Source: a plasmid
Sequence record: CP128686.1
Reading direction: 5' to 3' (one strand)
Length of the DNA: 64,000 nt
The notes beneath the pieces were generated by a model. The model was not told the origin of the DNA. It saw nothing but the letters and a program-made list of their open reading frames with translations, and ran no database searches. How positions within the stretch are numbered: the stretch's first letter is position 1; the number at the start of each line of letters is the position of its first letter. The position numbers and the translations under genes are program-made. Shown piece by piece: positions 1-9,281 of this stretch.

Positions 1-31
1 AAAAACTCATGACCGCATTATAAAAACGGTC

Positions 32-391
32 ATGAGTCAGAAATACCTCATTCGCATCGCTGAGCTGGAAAGGCTGCTCTCTGAGCAGGGTGAAGCCCTC
101 CGTCAGAAAGACCAGAAACTGAGTCAGGTTGAAGAGACGGAGGCCTTTCTGCGCTCTGTGCTGACCCATGCCGAAGAAAAGCCCGAAGAAGATGCACGGG
201 AAGTAGAACATCTGTGGGCCCAGATAGAAAAACTGCGTCTTGAGGTTGAACGGGTTGAGACCCAGCTAAATACTGCGAACATCTGCCACTGTATCACATC
301 AGAATGTTACTCTCTGAGTCTGTTCAGAGAATATATTTCTGCTGTTTTCCGGGGTATACAGCGCTATCTGAGGAGGGGGAATGAACAGTGA
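32..391 (+). CDS. Hypothetical coiled-coil protein. First gene of a three-gene overlapping operon with the PAPS-reductase-like gene.
   Basis: ORF track. Heptad-like, charged, Leu/Glu-rich sequence. Its stop overlaps the start of the next ORF (381). An inverted repeat at 6..34 spans its start codon. Confidence 0.35.
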   Translation: MSQKYLIRIAELERLLSEQGEALRQKDQKLSQVEETEAFLRSVLTHAEEKPEEDAREVEHLWAQIEKLRLEVERVETQLNTANICHCITSECYSLSLFREYISAVFRGIQRYLRRGNEQ

Positions 392-1613
392 TTTTTCTGC
401 GGAAAAAATCCTGACGGGTAAGAATGTCCTGTGCGCGGCCATTCGCCGTATTGAGTGGTTGTTTGAGACATTCTCTTCTGTCTGTTTGTCTTTTTCTGGT
501 GGTAAGGATTCCACTGTGCTTCTCCATCTTGTGGCAGAGGTGGCCCGCAGGAGAAAACGCCGTTTCTCTGTACTGTTCATTGACTGGGAAGCCCAGTACC
601 AGTGCACCATTGAACATATTCAGAAGATGCAGGATATGTACCGGGATGTGACGGACACCTTTTACTGGGTGGCTCTTCCCCTGACCACGGTAAACGGTGT
701 CTCTCAGTTTCAGCCGGAGTGGATATGCTGGGAACCCGGTGTGGCGTGGGTTCGTCAGCCACCGGAATATGCCATTACAGATATGGCATATTTTCCCTTT
801 TACCGGTATGCCATGACCTTTGAAGAATTTGTTCCGGCATTTTCTTCTTGGTTTACCGGAAACCGGTGTGCAGTGGCAATACTGATTGGTGTCCGGGCGG
901 ATGAATCCCTTAACCGCTTTATGGGACTGGTGTCCCGGCGTAAACTGAGATATGCCGATGATAAACCCTGGACCACGGCGTCGCCTGAAGGTTTTTACTA
1001 CACTATGTACCCGTTGTATGACTGGAAATCCCGTGATATCTGGATATATAACGCCAAAACCCGTGCCATCTACAATCCTCTGTATGATTTGATGTACCGT
1101 GCAGGTGTGCCGTTACGCGACATGCGTGTCTGTGAGCCTTTTGGCCCGGAACAGCGTAAAGGACTGTGGCTTTATCATGTTCTGGAGCCGGAAACCTGGG
1201 CTAGGATGTGTGAGCGGGTGTCCGGGGCTGCCAGTGGTGCTCTTTATGCCAATGAAAGCGGTGCTTATTTTGCTCTGCGTAAGCGTATCACAAAGCCAGT
1301 TCATCACACCTGGCGCAGTTACGCGATGTTCCTGCTGGATGTGATGCCGGAAAGAACGGCAGAACATTACCGTAACAAAATTGCTGTCTACCTGCGCTGG
1401 TATCAGACTAAGGGGTTTCCGGATGACATCCCGGATGAACAGGAGAATGATTTGGGGTGCAGGGATATCCCGTCCTGGCGACGAATCTGTAAGACTCTCA
1501 TAAAGAATGATTTCTGGTGCCGGTCCCTCTCCTTCAGCCCGAACAAACCTCGGCACTATGAACGTTATCTGCAGCGTATGAAGGAAAGGAGAAAGGAATG
1601 GGGGATTCTGTGA
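381..1613 (+). CDS. Phosphoadenosine phosphosulfate (PAPS) reductase-like protein, a DUF3440-type plasmid backbone protein.
   Basis: SFSGGKDSTVLLHL PP-loop motif near the N-terminus. Overlaps the downstream ParB-like gene by 16 nt, suggesting translational coupling. Confidence 0.75.
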   Translation: MNSDFSAEKILTGKNVLCAAIRRIEWLFETFSSVCLSFSGGKDSTVLLHLVAEVARRRKRRFSVLFIDWEAQYQCTIEHIQKMQDMYRDVTDTFYWVALPLTTVNGVSQFQPEWICWEPGVAWVRQPPEYAITDMAYFPFYRYAMTFEEFVPAFSSWFTGNRCAVAILIGVRADESLNRFMGLVSRRKLRYADDKPWTTASPEGFYYTMYPLYDWKSRDIWIYNAKTRAIYNPLYDLMYRAGVPLRDMRVCEPFGPEQRKGLWLYHVLEPETWARMCERVSGAASGALYANESGAYFALRKRITKPVHHTWRSYAMFLLDVMPERTAEHYRNKIAVYLRWYQTKGFPDDIPDEQENDLGCRDIPSWRRICKTLIKNDFWCRSLSFSPNKPRHYERYLQRMKERRKEWGIL

Positions 1614-2242
1614 TACCGGAGGTGGAGGTACTGAGCAACATTATTCGTCAGTACTTCAGTCAGGCACGAAGTGAAGAAGAAACCATACAAGCCCTTAATC
1701 ATCTGCGCAGGGTGCTGCATGAGGTCAGCCCTTTTGCACAGGAGCCTGTGGACTGTGTGCTGTGGGTGAAAGCGGATGAGGTGGTGGCCAACGATTACAA
1801 TCCCAATGTCATGGCTCCGGGTGAGAAGAGACTGCTGAAGCAGTCACTGGAGAAAGATGGTTTCACACAACCGGTGGTGGTGTCAGAAGATAAGAGCCAT
1901 TATCTGGTGGTGGATGGTTTTCATCGTCAGTTACTGGGCAGGGAATCAGATACAGGGAAACGCCTGAAGGGCTGGCTGCCTGTAGCCTGTATTAATCCGG
2001 AGAGAAAGGGACAGGCCGCACGCATTGCTGCTACCATTCGACATAACCGGGCCAGGGGGAAGCACCAGATAACCTCAATGTCTGATATTGTAAGAGACCT
2101 TTCGCGTCTGGGTTGGACAGATCAACGCATTGGCACTGAGTTGGGCATGGACCAAGATGAAGTGCTGAGGCTGAAACAGATTAGCGGACTGACAGAACTG
2201 TTTCAGGAAGAGGATTTCAGTCCGGCATGGACGGTTCGCTGA
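1598..2242 (+). CDS. ParB-like nuclease domain protein (ParB N-terminal / sulfiredoxin fold).
   Basis: ParB-N-like core (VKADEVVANDYNPNVM...DGFHR). Paired with a PAPS-reductase-like gene, as in many plasmid backbones. Confidence 0.7.
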   Translation: MGDSVIPEVEVLSNIIRQYFSQARSEEETIQALNHLRRVLHEVSPFAQEPVDCVLWVKADEVVANDYNPNVMAPGEKRLLKQSLEKDGFTQPVVVSEDKSHYLVVDGFHRQLLGRESDTGKRLKGWLPVACINPERKGQAARIAATIRHNRARGKHQITSMSDIVRDLSRLGWTDQRIGTELGMDQDEVLRLKQISGLTELFQEEDFSPAWTVR

Positions 2243-2515
2243 TTCTGTTAAATATGGTTTGTTGTGGTCAAAAAGAGACTGTAATCATTCGCTGGCCGAG
2301 AGTCTGCAACAACTCAAACGGGCTAGCAGCGATACTGTCCGTCATTTTATGAATGCTAAAGGTGGTCCTGCTGTTGCATATACCGAACAGCGGCTTGCAA
2401 GTATTGCCAGCGCTATTCCCCTGACCACAGATAAAACTGTCATCGAGGCAAATGCATTGATGGCAACGGCACTTGCATCCCAAATAAAACTATTACCATT
2501 GCAAAATCAAAACAC

Positions 2516-2534
2516 AAATGATAATCATTATCAT
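2516..2534. promoter_or_regulatory. Fur box upstream of iroB.
   Basis: aaatgataatcattatcat matches the GATAATGATAATCATTATC Fur consensus. It lies about 58 bp upstream of the iroB start. Confidence 0.65.
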
Positions 2535-2591
2535 CTGTGTTTTTTGGTTTCCTGCCATAGTATACAGGAGCGTTAAAAGAGGGATTTTCTT

Positions 2592-3707
2592 ATGCGTATT
2601 TTATTTATAGGTCCTCCTCTCTATGGGCTATTGTATCCTGTGCTATCTCTGGCACAGGCGTTTCGCGTTAACGGCCATGAAGTGCTGATCGCCAGCGGAG
2701 GAAAATTCGTCAAAAAAGCAGCAGAGGCGGGATTGGTGGCGTTTGATGCCGCACCAGGCTTAGATTCCGAAGCTGGCTATTGCCGCCATGAAGCTCTGCG
2801 GAAAGAAAGTCACATCGGCACCAAAATGGGAAACTTCTCATTCTTCAGCGAAGAGATGGCCGACCACCTGGTGGAGTTCGCCGGACACTGGCGGCCCGAT
2901 CTCATCATCTACCCTCCGCTCGGAGTCATCGGGCCGCTGATTGCGGCCAAATACGATATCCCGGTCGTGATGCAAACCGTCGGCTTCGGCCATACGCCCT
3001 GGCATATCAAAGGCGTAACGCGTTCGCTTGCGGACACGTATCATCGCCACGGCGTCGGGGCCGCACCGCGCGATATGGCCTGGATCGACGTAGCACCGCC
3101 GAGCATGAGCATTCTTGAAAACGACGGCGAACCCATTATTCCTATGCAGTACGTCCCGTACAACGGCGGCGCGGTGTGGGAACCATGGTGGGAGAGGAAG
3201 CCCGATCGTAAACGTCTGCTGGTGAGTCTCGGCACCGTCAAACCGATGGTCGACGGCCTTGAATTGATCACCTGGGTGTTGGATTCCGCCAGTGAAGTCG
3301 ATGCCGAGATTATCCTGCATCTTCCGGCCAATGCGCGGTCCGATCTACGCTCGCTACCGTCAAATGTCCGCTTGGTCGACTGGATACCCATGGGGGCCTT
3401 CCTGAACGGCGCAGATGGCTTCATTCATCATGGCGGCGCAGGCAATACTCTGACAGCGCTACACGCCGGTATTCCACAGATCGTCTTCGGCCAGGGTGCT
3501 GATCGCCCGGTAAATGCCCGCGTTGTTGTCGAGCGTGGCTGCGGGATCATCCCCGGCGACGGCGGCCTGTCAAGCAACATGATCAATGCTTTCCTCGACA
3601 ATCGCGCACTTCGCGACGCCTCTGAAGAGGTAGCGGCGGAAATGGCGACGCTACCCTGCCCAAGCGAAGTGGCGAAAAACCTGATCGCGATGGTACAGAA
3701 AGGGTAG
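2592..3707 (+). CDS. iroB: Salmochelin C-glucosyltransferase IroB (MGT/UDP-glycosyltransferase family).
   Basis: 371 aa. GT-B glycosyltransferase motifs (HHGGAGT). Sits in the iroBCDN context. Confidence 0.92.
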   Translation: MRILFIGPPLYGLLYPVLSLAQAFRVNGHEVLIASGGKFVKKAAEAGLVAFDAAPGLDSEAGYCRHEALRKESHIGTKMGNFSFFSEEMADHLVEFAGHWRPDLIIYPPLGVIGPLIAAKYDIPVVMQTVGFGHTPWHIKGVTRSLADTYHRHGVGAAPRDMAWIDVAPPSMSILENDGEPIIPMQYVPYNGGAVWEPWWERKPDRKRLLVSLGTVKPMVDGLELITWVLDSASEVDAEIILHLPANARSDLRSLPSNVRLVDWIPMGAFLNGADGFIHHGGAGNTLTALHAGIPQIVFGQGADRPVNARVVVERGCGIIPGDGGLSSNMINAFLDNRALRDASEEVAAEMATLPCPSEVAKNLIAMVQKG

Positions 3708-3768
3708 CCACCACACCGTCATGACGATCATACGCCAGCACGCATCCTAGAGTTATACGCCCGTAACA

Positions 3769-6700
3769 ATGCGGGACCGGATCGCGCTGGCGCTTTTTTT
3801 TCGGAGCGATCCAGCTCGGATCGTATTTTTTACAGACGGAGGTGGCTTAATGCCTGCGACTCACTCTCCCACACCTGCGCGGTCCTGGATAGTTCGCTTG
3901 GCACGCGTGTGCTGGGAACGTAAGAAACTTACCATCATCGTGGTAGTAGCGTCGGTATCGACTATTCTGCTGGCCGCGCTGACACCGCTGCTGACAAGGC
4001 AAGCGGTGAACGACGCGCTGGCAGGCAATCCGACCCGTCTGCCGAGGCTGGCCTGCGGGCTACTGCTGATCGCCTTTTTTGATTTCATCGGTAACTACGT
4101 GCGCCGCGGTTATGCCGGGGAGCTCTCGCTCTGGGTACAGCACACCCTGCGAGGACGGGCATTCGACAGCATTCAGAAACTTGACGGCGCAGGCCAGGAC
4201 GCGCTGCGCACCGGGCAAGTGATTTCCCGGACCAACAGCGATCTGCAGCAGGTGCATACCCTGCTGCAGATGTGTCCGGTGCCGCTGGCAGTATTCACTT
4301 ATTACATCGCCGGCATTGCCGTGATGCTGTGGATGTCACCTGCCATGACACTCATCGTCGTGTGCGTACTGGCGTGCCTAGCGATCACTGCGCTGCGCGC
4401 GCGTCGTCGGGTCTTCGCGCAGACCGGTCTAGCCTCGGACCGACTGGCGAATCTCACCGAACATATGCGCGAGGTGCTGGCGCAGATCTCCGTGGTGAAA
4501 TCCTGCGTGGCGGAGCTGCGTGAAACGCGCTGGCTGGATCGCCAGTCGCGGCAGATTGTGCATGTACGCATCGGCGCAGCCATCTCGCAGGCGATACCAA
4601 GTGCCACCATGCTGGCGCTACCGGTGCTCGGGCAAATCGTTCTGCTGTGCTACGGCGGCTGGTCGATCATACATGGGCGGATCAATCTCGGAACCTTCGT
4701 GGCATTTGCCAGCTTCCTCGCGATGCTGACCGGGCCAACCCGCGTACTGGCATCGTTTCTGGTTATCGCTCAGCGCACCCAGGCGTCCGTGGAGCGAGTG
4801 TTTGCTCTGATCGACACCCGTTCGCAGATGGAAGACGGGACGGAGGTGGTTAACGGTCAGGTTGTCGGGCTGGAACTGGAGAATATGAGCTTCGACTACC
4901 GTGGCGGCAGACGCATCCTCAGCGATGTATCCTTTTCCCTGCACGCCGGTGAAACCGTGGCGGTAGTGGGCGCATCGGGTTCCGGGAAATCGACGCTGCT
5001 GATGCTGCTGGCGCGTTTTTACGATCCCAGCGCCGGAGATATATGGCTCAACACCAGCGCTGGCCGACATAACCTCCGCGCTCTCAGGCTGGAGGCGCTT
5101 CGTCGTCGTATAGGCGTTGTGTTTGAAGATGCTTTTCTGTTTGCCGGTACGGTGGCGGAAAATATCGCCTATGGCCACCCTCAGGCAACGGCGGACGACA
5201 TTTACCGCGCGGCGACGGCAGCAGGAGCCAGCGATTTTATCAACGCCCTGCCGAAAGGCTTTGATACTTGGTTAACTGAACGCGGTACAAATCTTTCTGG
5301 CGGGCAGAGGCAGCGAATCGCGCTGGCGCGGGCGCTCATTACCGCGCCGGAAGTATTGATCCTCGATGACACCACCTCGGCGGTCGATGCCGGTACTGAA
5401 GCGGAGATCAACACCGCGCTGAGTCGCTATGCTGACGAAGAGCATATGCTGCTGGTGATTGCCCGACGCCGTTCAACGCTTCAGTTAGCCAGCCGAATTG
5501 TGATGCTGGATAAGGGCCGGGTGGTGGATACTGGAACCCAGGCAGAACTTGAAGCGCGCTGTCCGGCGTTCCGTGCGCTTATGACCGGCGATGGCGATTT
5601 CCTCGCGCCTTCCCACAGTGAGAATAACGAATTGTGGCCAACCGGACCCGCGGCACAAGACTATGCGCCGGAGACAGGGGATAAAGGCTTTGTTGCCCGT
5701 ATGACTCGCGTGCCGGAAAATGCAGTACAGCAGGCGCTGGCCGGTAAAGGCCGCAAAGTCACGTCGCTGCTGAAGCCCGTGGCGTGGATGTTCGTCATCG
5801 CCGCCCTGTTGATCGCACTCGATTCGGCGGCAGGCGTCGGGGTACTGATACTGCTGCAGCGCGGCATTGACTCCGGCGTCGCCGCAGGCGATATGTCGAC
5901 TATCGGCCTCTGCGTCCTGCTCGCCCTGTGCCTAGTAGCCGTGAGCTGGAGCTGTTATTCGCTGCAGACGGTCTTCGCCGCAAGGGCGGCGGAGTCAGTC
6001 CAGCATACCGTGCGTGTGCGCACCTTCGGCCATATGCTGCGTCTTGGCCTCCCCTGGCATGAAAAGCATGTCGATTCGCGTCTGACCCGCATGACCGTTG
6101 ATGTGGACTCTCTCGCCCGCTTTCTGCAAAACGGCCTTGCCGGTGCGGCCACCAGCCTCGTGACGATGTTCGCTATCGCCGCCGCCATGTTCTGGCTCGA
6201 CCCGCTCCTGGCGCTGACGGCATTAAGTGCGGTGCCACAGGTCGCACTGGCAACCTGGATTTATCGCCGACTCAGCTCCCCTGCTTATGCGCAGGCGCGG
6301 CTGGAAATAGGCAAAGTTAACAGCACCCTGCAGGAGAAAGTCTCCGGCTTGCGCGTCGTGCAATCGCATGGCCAGCAGGAACAGGAGGCAGCACGGCTGC
6401 GTGCGTTATCGGATCGCTTCCGCACGACCCGCGTGCGTGCGCAAAAATACCTTGCCGTCTATTTCCCGTTCCTGACCTTCTGCACCGAGGCCTCCTATGC
6501 CGCCGTTCTACTGGTGGGAGCATCGCGGGTCGCCGAAGGTGAAATGACCGCCGGGGTGATGGCGGCTTTCTACCTGCTGCTGGGGCAATTCTACGGACCA
6601 GTTCAGCAGTTATCAGGGATTGTCGACGCCTGGCAGCAGGCGACGGCCAGCGGTAAACATATTGATGAACTGCTGGCGACCGAAGGCACTGAGAACGTAA

Positions 6701-7494
6701 CCCCCTCTTCTGCACCGCCCGCCACCGGTGCGCTTCATCTTGATGATGTCACGTTTAGTTATCCCGACAGTTCCGAGCCGGCGTTGACCAAACTTACCCT
6801 GACGATCCCCGAGGGAACGGTTGTCGCGGTCGTCGGTCGCAGTGGTGCGGGTAAGTCAACGCTGATTAAACTGATTGCCGGGTTATATTCCCCCACCTAC
6901 GGCAGTATCAGCATCGGTGATCGGACGATTGATGATGCCTCGCTTGCCGATTACCGTCTCCAGATTGGGGTGGTCGATCAGGATGTGGCGCTGTTTAGTA
7001 GTGATATTGCGGAAAACATTCGTTATTCACGGCCATCCAGCACCAATGACGACGTTGAGATTGCTTCACTGCGGGCTGGGCTGTATGAGACGGTACGCAA
7101 TCTGCCGCAGGGATTCCGGACACCGGTGAGTAACGGCGGTGCCGATCTGTCCGCAGGTCAGCGCCAGCTGATTGCACTGGCTCGCGCGCAATTAGCGAAT
7201 GCTCACATCCTGCTACTCGATGAAGCTACGTCACGCTTGGATCGCGCATCCGAAGAACGATTGATGTCATCGTTAATAGATGTCGCGCACGCCAGGCAGC
7301 ACTCGGCGCTGATTGTGGCGCACCGTCTGACCACCGCGCAGCGCTGCGAACTGATTGCCGTTCTCGATAAGGGGCAGCTTACTGAATACGGCACTCACGA
7401 ACAGCTTTTAGCTGCAGGCGGCCTCTATAACCAGTTATGGCATGACAGTGTCGGCAGTACTGTGCTACATCGACAGCACGACATCGCGGGATAG
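3769..7494 (+). CDS. iroC: Salmochelin / enterobactin exporter IroC, a fused two-half ABC transporter.
   Basis: Two TMD-NBD halves with Walker A motifs GASGSGKST and GRSGAGKST and LSGGQ signatures, about 1240 aa. The true start may be the internal Met at about 3850. Confidence 0.9.
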   Translation: MRDRIALALFFRSDPARIVFFTDGGGLMPATHSPTPARSWIVRLARVCWERKKLTIIVVVASVSTILLAALTPLLTRQAVNDALAGNPTRLPRLACGLLLIAFFDFIGNYVRRGYAGELSLWVQHTLRGRAFDSIQKLDGAGQDALRTGQVISRTNSDLQQVHTLLQMCPVPLAVFTYYIAGIAVMLWMSPAMTLIVVCVLACLAITALRARRRVFAQTGLASDRLANLTEHMREVLAQISVVKSCVAELRETRWLDRQSRQIVHVRIGAAISQAIPSATMLALPVLGQIVLLCYGGWSIIHGRINLGTFVAFASFLAMLTGPTRVLASFLVIAQRTQASVERVFALIDTRSQMEDGTEVVNGQVVGLELENMSFDYRGGRRILSDVSFSLHAGETVAVVGASGSGKSTLLMLLARFYDPSAGDIWLNTSAGRHNLRALRLEALRRRIGVVFEDAFLFAGTVAENIAYGHPQATADDIYRAATAAGASDFINALPKGFDTWLTERGTNLSGGQRQRIALARALITAPEVLILDDTTSAVDAGTEAEINTALSRYADEEHMLLVIARRRSTLQLASRIVMLDKGRVVDTGTQAELEARCPAFRALMTGDGDFLAPSHSENNELWPTGPAAQDYAPETGDKGFVARMTRVPENAVQQALAGKGRKVTSLLKPVAWMFVIAALLIALDSAAGVGVLILLQRGIDSGVAAGDMSTIGLCVLLALCLVAVSWSCYSLQTVFAARAAESVQHTVRVRTFGHMLRLGLPWHEKHVDSRLTRMTVDVDSLARFLQNGLAGAATSLVTMFAIAAAMFWLDPLLALTALSAVPQVALATWIYRRLSSPAYAQARLEIGKVNSTLQEKVSGLRVVQSHGQQEQEAARLRALSDRFRTTRVRAQKYLAVYFPFLTFCTEASYAAVLLVGASRVAEGEMTAGVMAAFYLLLGQFYGPVQQLSGIVDAWQQATASGKHIDELLATEGTENVTPSSAPPATGALHLDDVTFSYPDSSEPALTKLTLTIPEGTVVAVVGRSGAGKSTLIKLIAGLYSPTYGSISIGDRTIDDASLADYRLQIGVVDQDVALFSSDIAENIRYSRPSSTNDDVEIASLRAGLYETVRNLPQGFRTPVSNGGADLSAGQRQLIALARAQLANAHILLLDEATSRLDRASEERLMSSLIDVAHARQHSALIVAHRLTTAQRCELIAVLDKGQLTEYGTHEQLLAAGGLYNQLWHDSVGSTVLHRQHDIAG

Positions 7495-7533
7495 TTACAG
7501 TGCACATTAAACATTAAAAAACACGCTCTGAAA

Positions 7534-7555
7534 CGGCTGCTCCGGGAACAGCCGC
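7534..7555 (+). terminator. Stem-loop downstream of iroC (cggctg...cagccg), weakly terminator-like.
   Basis: 6-bp GC stem with a 9-nt loop, followed by cttt. Confidence 0.3.
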
Positions 7556-7598
7556 TTTAGCTATTTATACTGTTCTCCTTAATTTTCAAAGAGAGTGA

Positions 7599-8828
7599 AT
7601 GCTGAACATGCAACAACATCCCTCAGCTATCGCCAGGTTGCGTAGCCAACTGGCAGCAGGCCACATTGCTAACGTTTCTGACTTCTGGCGCGACGCTGAA
7701 TCGCTGAATGGACCGCTGGTGATGCCGGTCGAAGGGGCGGAAGACGAGCGTGAAGTGACCTTTCTGTGGCGTGCCTGGCACTCTCTGCAGGGCGTATATC
7801 TGCGTCTGAATCGGGTAACGGATAAAGAGCACGTAGCAAAAGGCATGATGACCCCCCTTCCCGAGACGGATATCTGGACACTAACGCTGCGTTTACCCGC
7901 AAGTTACTGCGGCTCCTATTCGCTGATAGAAATCCCCCTCGGCACTCCGGCCAAGAGGATTGCACAGGCCGGAGGCCGCTTTGCCGCTCTCCCCGGGCAC
8001 GCCGATCCGCTAAACAAAACGCCAAGAATTAGCGTTCGGGGAAGCTCACAGGAATCGGTGCTGACGCTTGATAAAGCCCCCGCCCAGCCCGAATGGAGCG
8101 GCGGCTCACCCACAGGGCAATTGCTTACCTCCTCGCGCATTATCGCCGGGCAATCGCGCCGGGTTCAGCTTTATATGCCGGACGTTGATGTTTTGCAGCC
8201 CCTGGGCCTAGTGGTGCTGCCCGATGGTGAAACGTGGTTCGATCATCTAGGAGTATGCGCGGCAATTGACGTTGCTATAAACAACGGACGCATCGTTCCC
8301 GTAGCTATAATGGGCATCGACAACATCGATGAACACGAGCGCAATGCGATACTTGGCGGGCGCAGCGAACTGATAACGGATATTGCCAGGCATCTACTGC
8401 CGACTATTCGTGCCGAACAACCGCAGCGGCAGTGGGCAGACCGTTCTCGCACAGTGTTAGCCGGGCAGAGCCTCGGCGGAGTCAGCGCGCTAATAGCCGC
8501 TCGTCACGCACCAGAAACGTTCGGCCTGGCGCTCAGCCACTCCCCTTCAATGTGGTGGACGCCGGAAGGCGCCTGCCGGCCAAACTTATTCAGAGAAACC
8601 GATACGTCATGGGTGAGCGAGCATCTGCTTTCTGCCCCACCGCAGAATGTTCGTATCCGCCTATGCGTGGGATCACTGGAAGGTTCGACGGTACTGCACG
8701 TTCAGCAGCTTCATCAGCGTCTGCTGAATGCTGGCGTCGACAGCCATTACGCAATTTACACCGGTGGTCACGATTACGCATGGTGGCGCGGCGCACTGAT
8801 TGACGGGCTTGGTTTACTAAAAGGTTGA
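7599..8828 (+). CDS. iroD: Salmochelin / enterobactin esterase IroD (Fes family).
   Basis: 409 aa. Esterase GQSLGG serine motif. Adjacent to iroC. Confidence 0.9.
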   Translation: MLNMQQHPSAIARLRSQLAAGHIANVSDFWRDAESLNGPLVMPVEGAEDEREVTFLWRAWHSLQGVYLRLNRVTDKEHVAKGMMTPLPETDIWTLTLRLPASYCGSYSLIEIPLGTPAKRIAQAGGRFAALPGHADPLNKTPRISVRGSSQESVLTLDKAPAQPEWSGGSPTGQLLTSSRIIAGQSRRVQLYMPDVDVLQPLGLVVLPDGETWFDHLGVCAAIDVAINNGRIVPVAIMGIDNIDEHERNAILGGRSELITDIARHLLPTIRAEQPQRQWADRSRTVLAGQSLGGVSALIAARHAPETFGLALSHSPSMWWTPEGACRPNLFRETDTSWVSEHLLSAPPQNVRIRLCVGSLEGSTVLHVQQLHQRLLNAGVDSHYAIYTGGHDYAWWRGALIDGLGLLKG

Positions 8829-9169
8829 CTTGACCCGAGAATACTTTCAGACATCTGTGTAGATATGGCTCATGGCGTAAGGCTATTGTAAGTGTAGAAT
8901 GACCGCTATATGTAAGCATTAGACAAGATATATAGCCCCCGCAACTTACACGGATGGGGGAAACGATATAAGGACGAGCCTAAAACTGTTGATAGCACGG
9001 TATTGCATAATACTGAAATTTCTCGTTTCAATGAAGATATTCATATAGTGCGTCGGGCTAATTCACCCTAAGTGGATATCAGAGCTAGCGGGTACCAGCC
9101 CCGTAACTCAGGCCCAGTGCCCCTTATGCCTAATACTTAAATCACAAAGGGTTGAATTTCTTCCCCACA

Positions 9170-9188
9170 AATGATAATAATTATCATT
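9170..9188. promoter_or_regulatory. Fur box upstream of iroN.
   Basis: aatgataataattatcatt, a near-perfect Fur consensus about 95 bp upstream of the iroN start in an AT-rich spacer. Confidence 0.6.
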
Positions 9189-9281
9189 ACTTACGATAGT
9201 AACAATAATTACAGTAAAAAATATCTGGCAAGGATGTGAGCTTAACGATCAACCACTTTTAAGTTAAGCATTCATTAGGGA

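Noticed and set aside
2259..2576. 105-aa ORF immediately upstream of iroB.
   Set aside because: Its 3' end contains the iroB Fur box and promoter. It has no recognisable motif or RBS, so it is probably a chance ORF in the regulatory spacer.
4272..6715. Numerous 60-190-aa ORFs on both strands inside iroC, and similarly inside iucA-iucD and iutA.
   Set aside because: They lie in alternative frames or antisense within high-GC coding sequence and show no independent signals.
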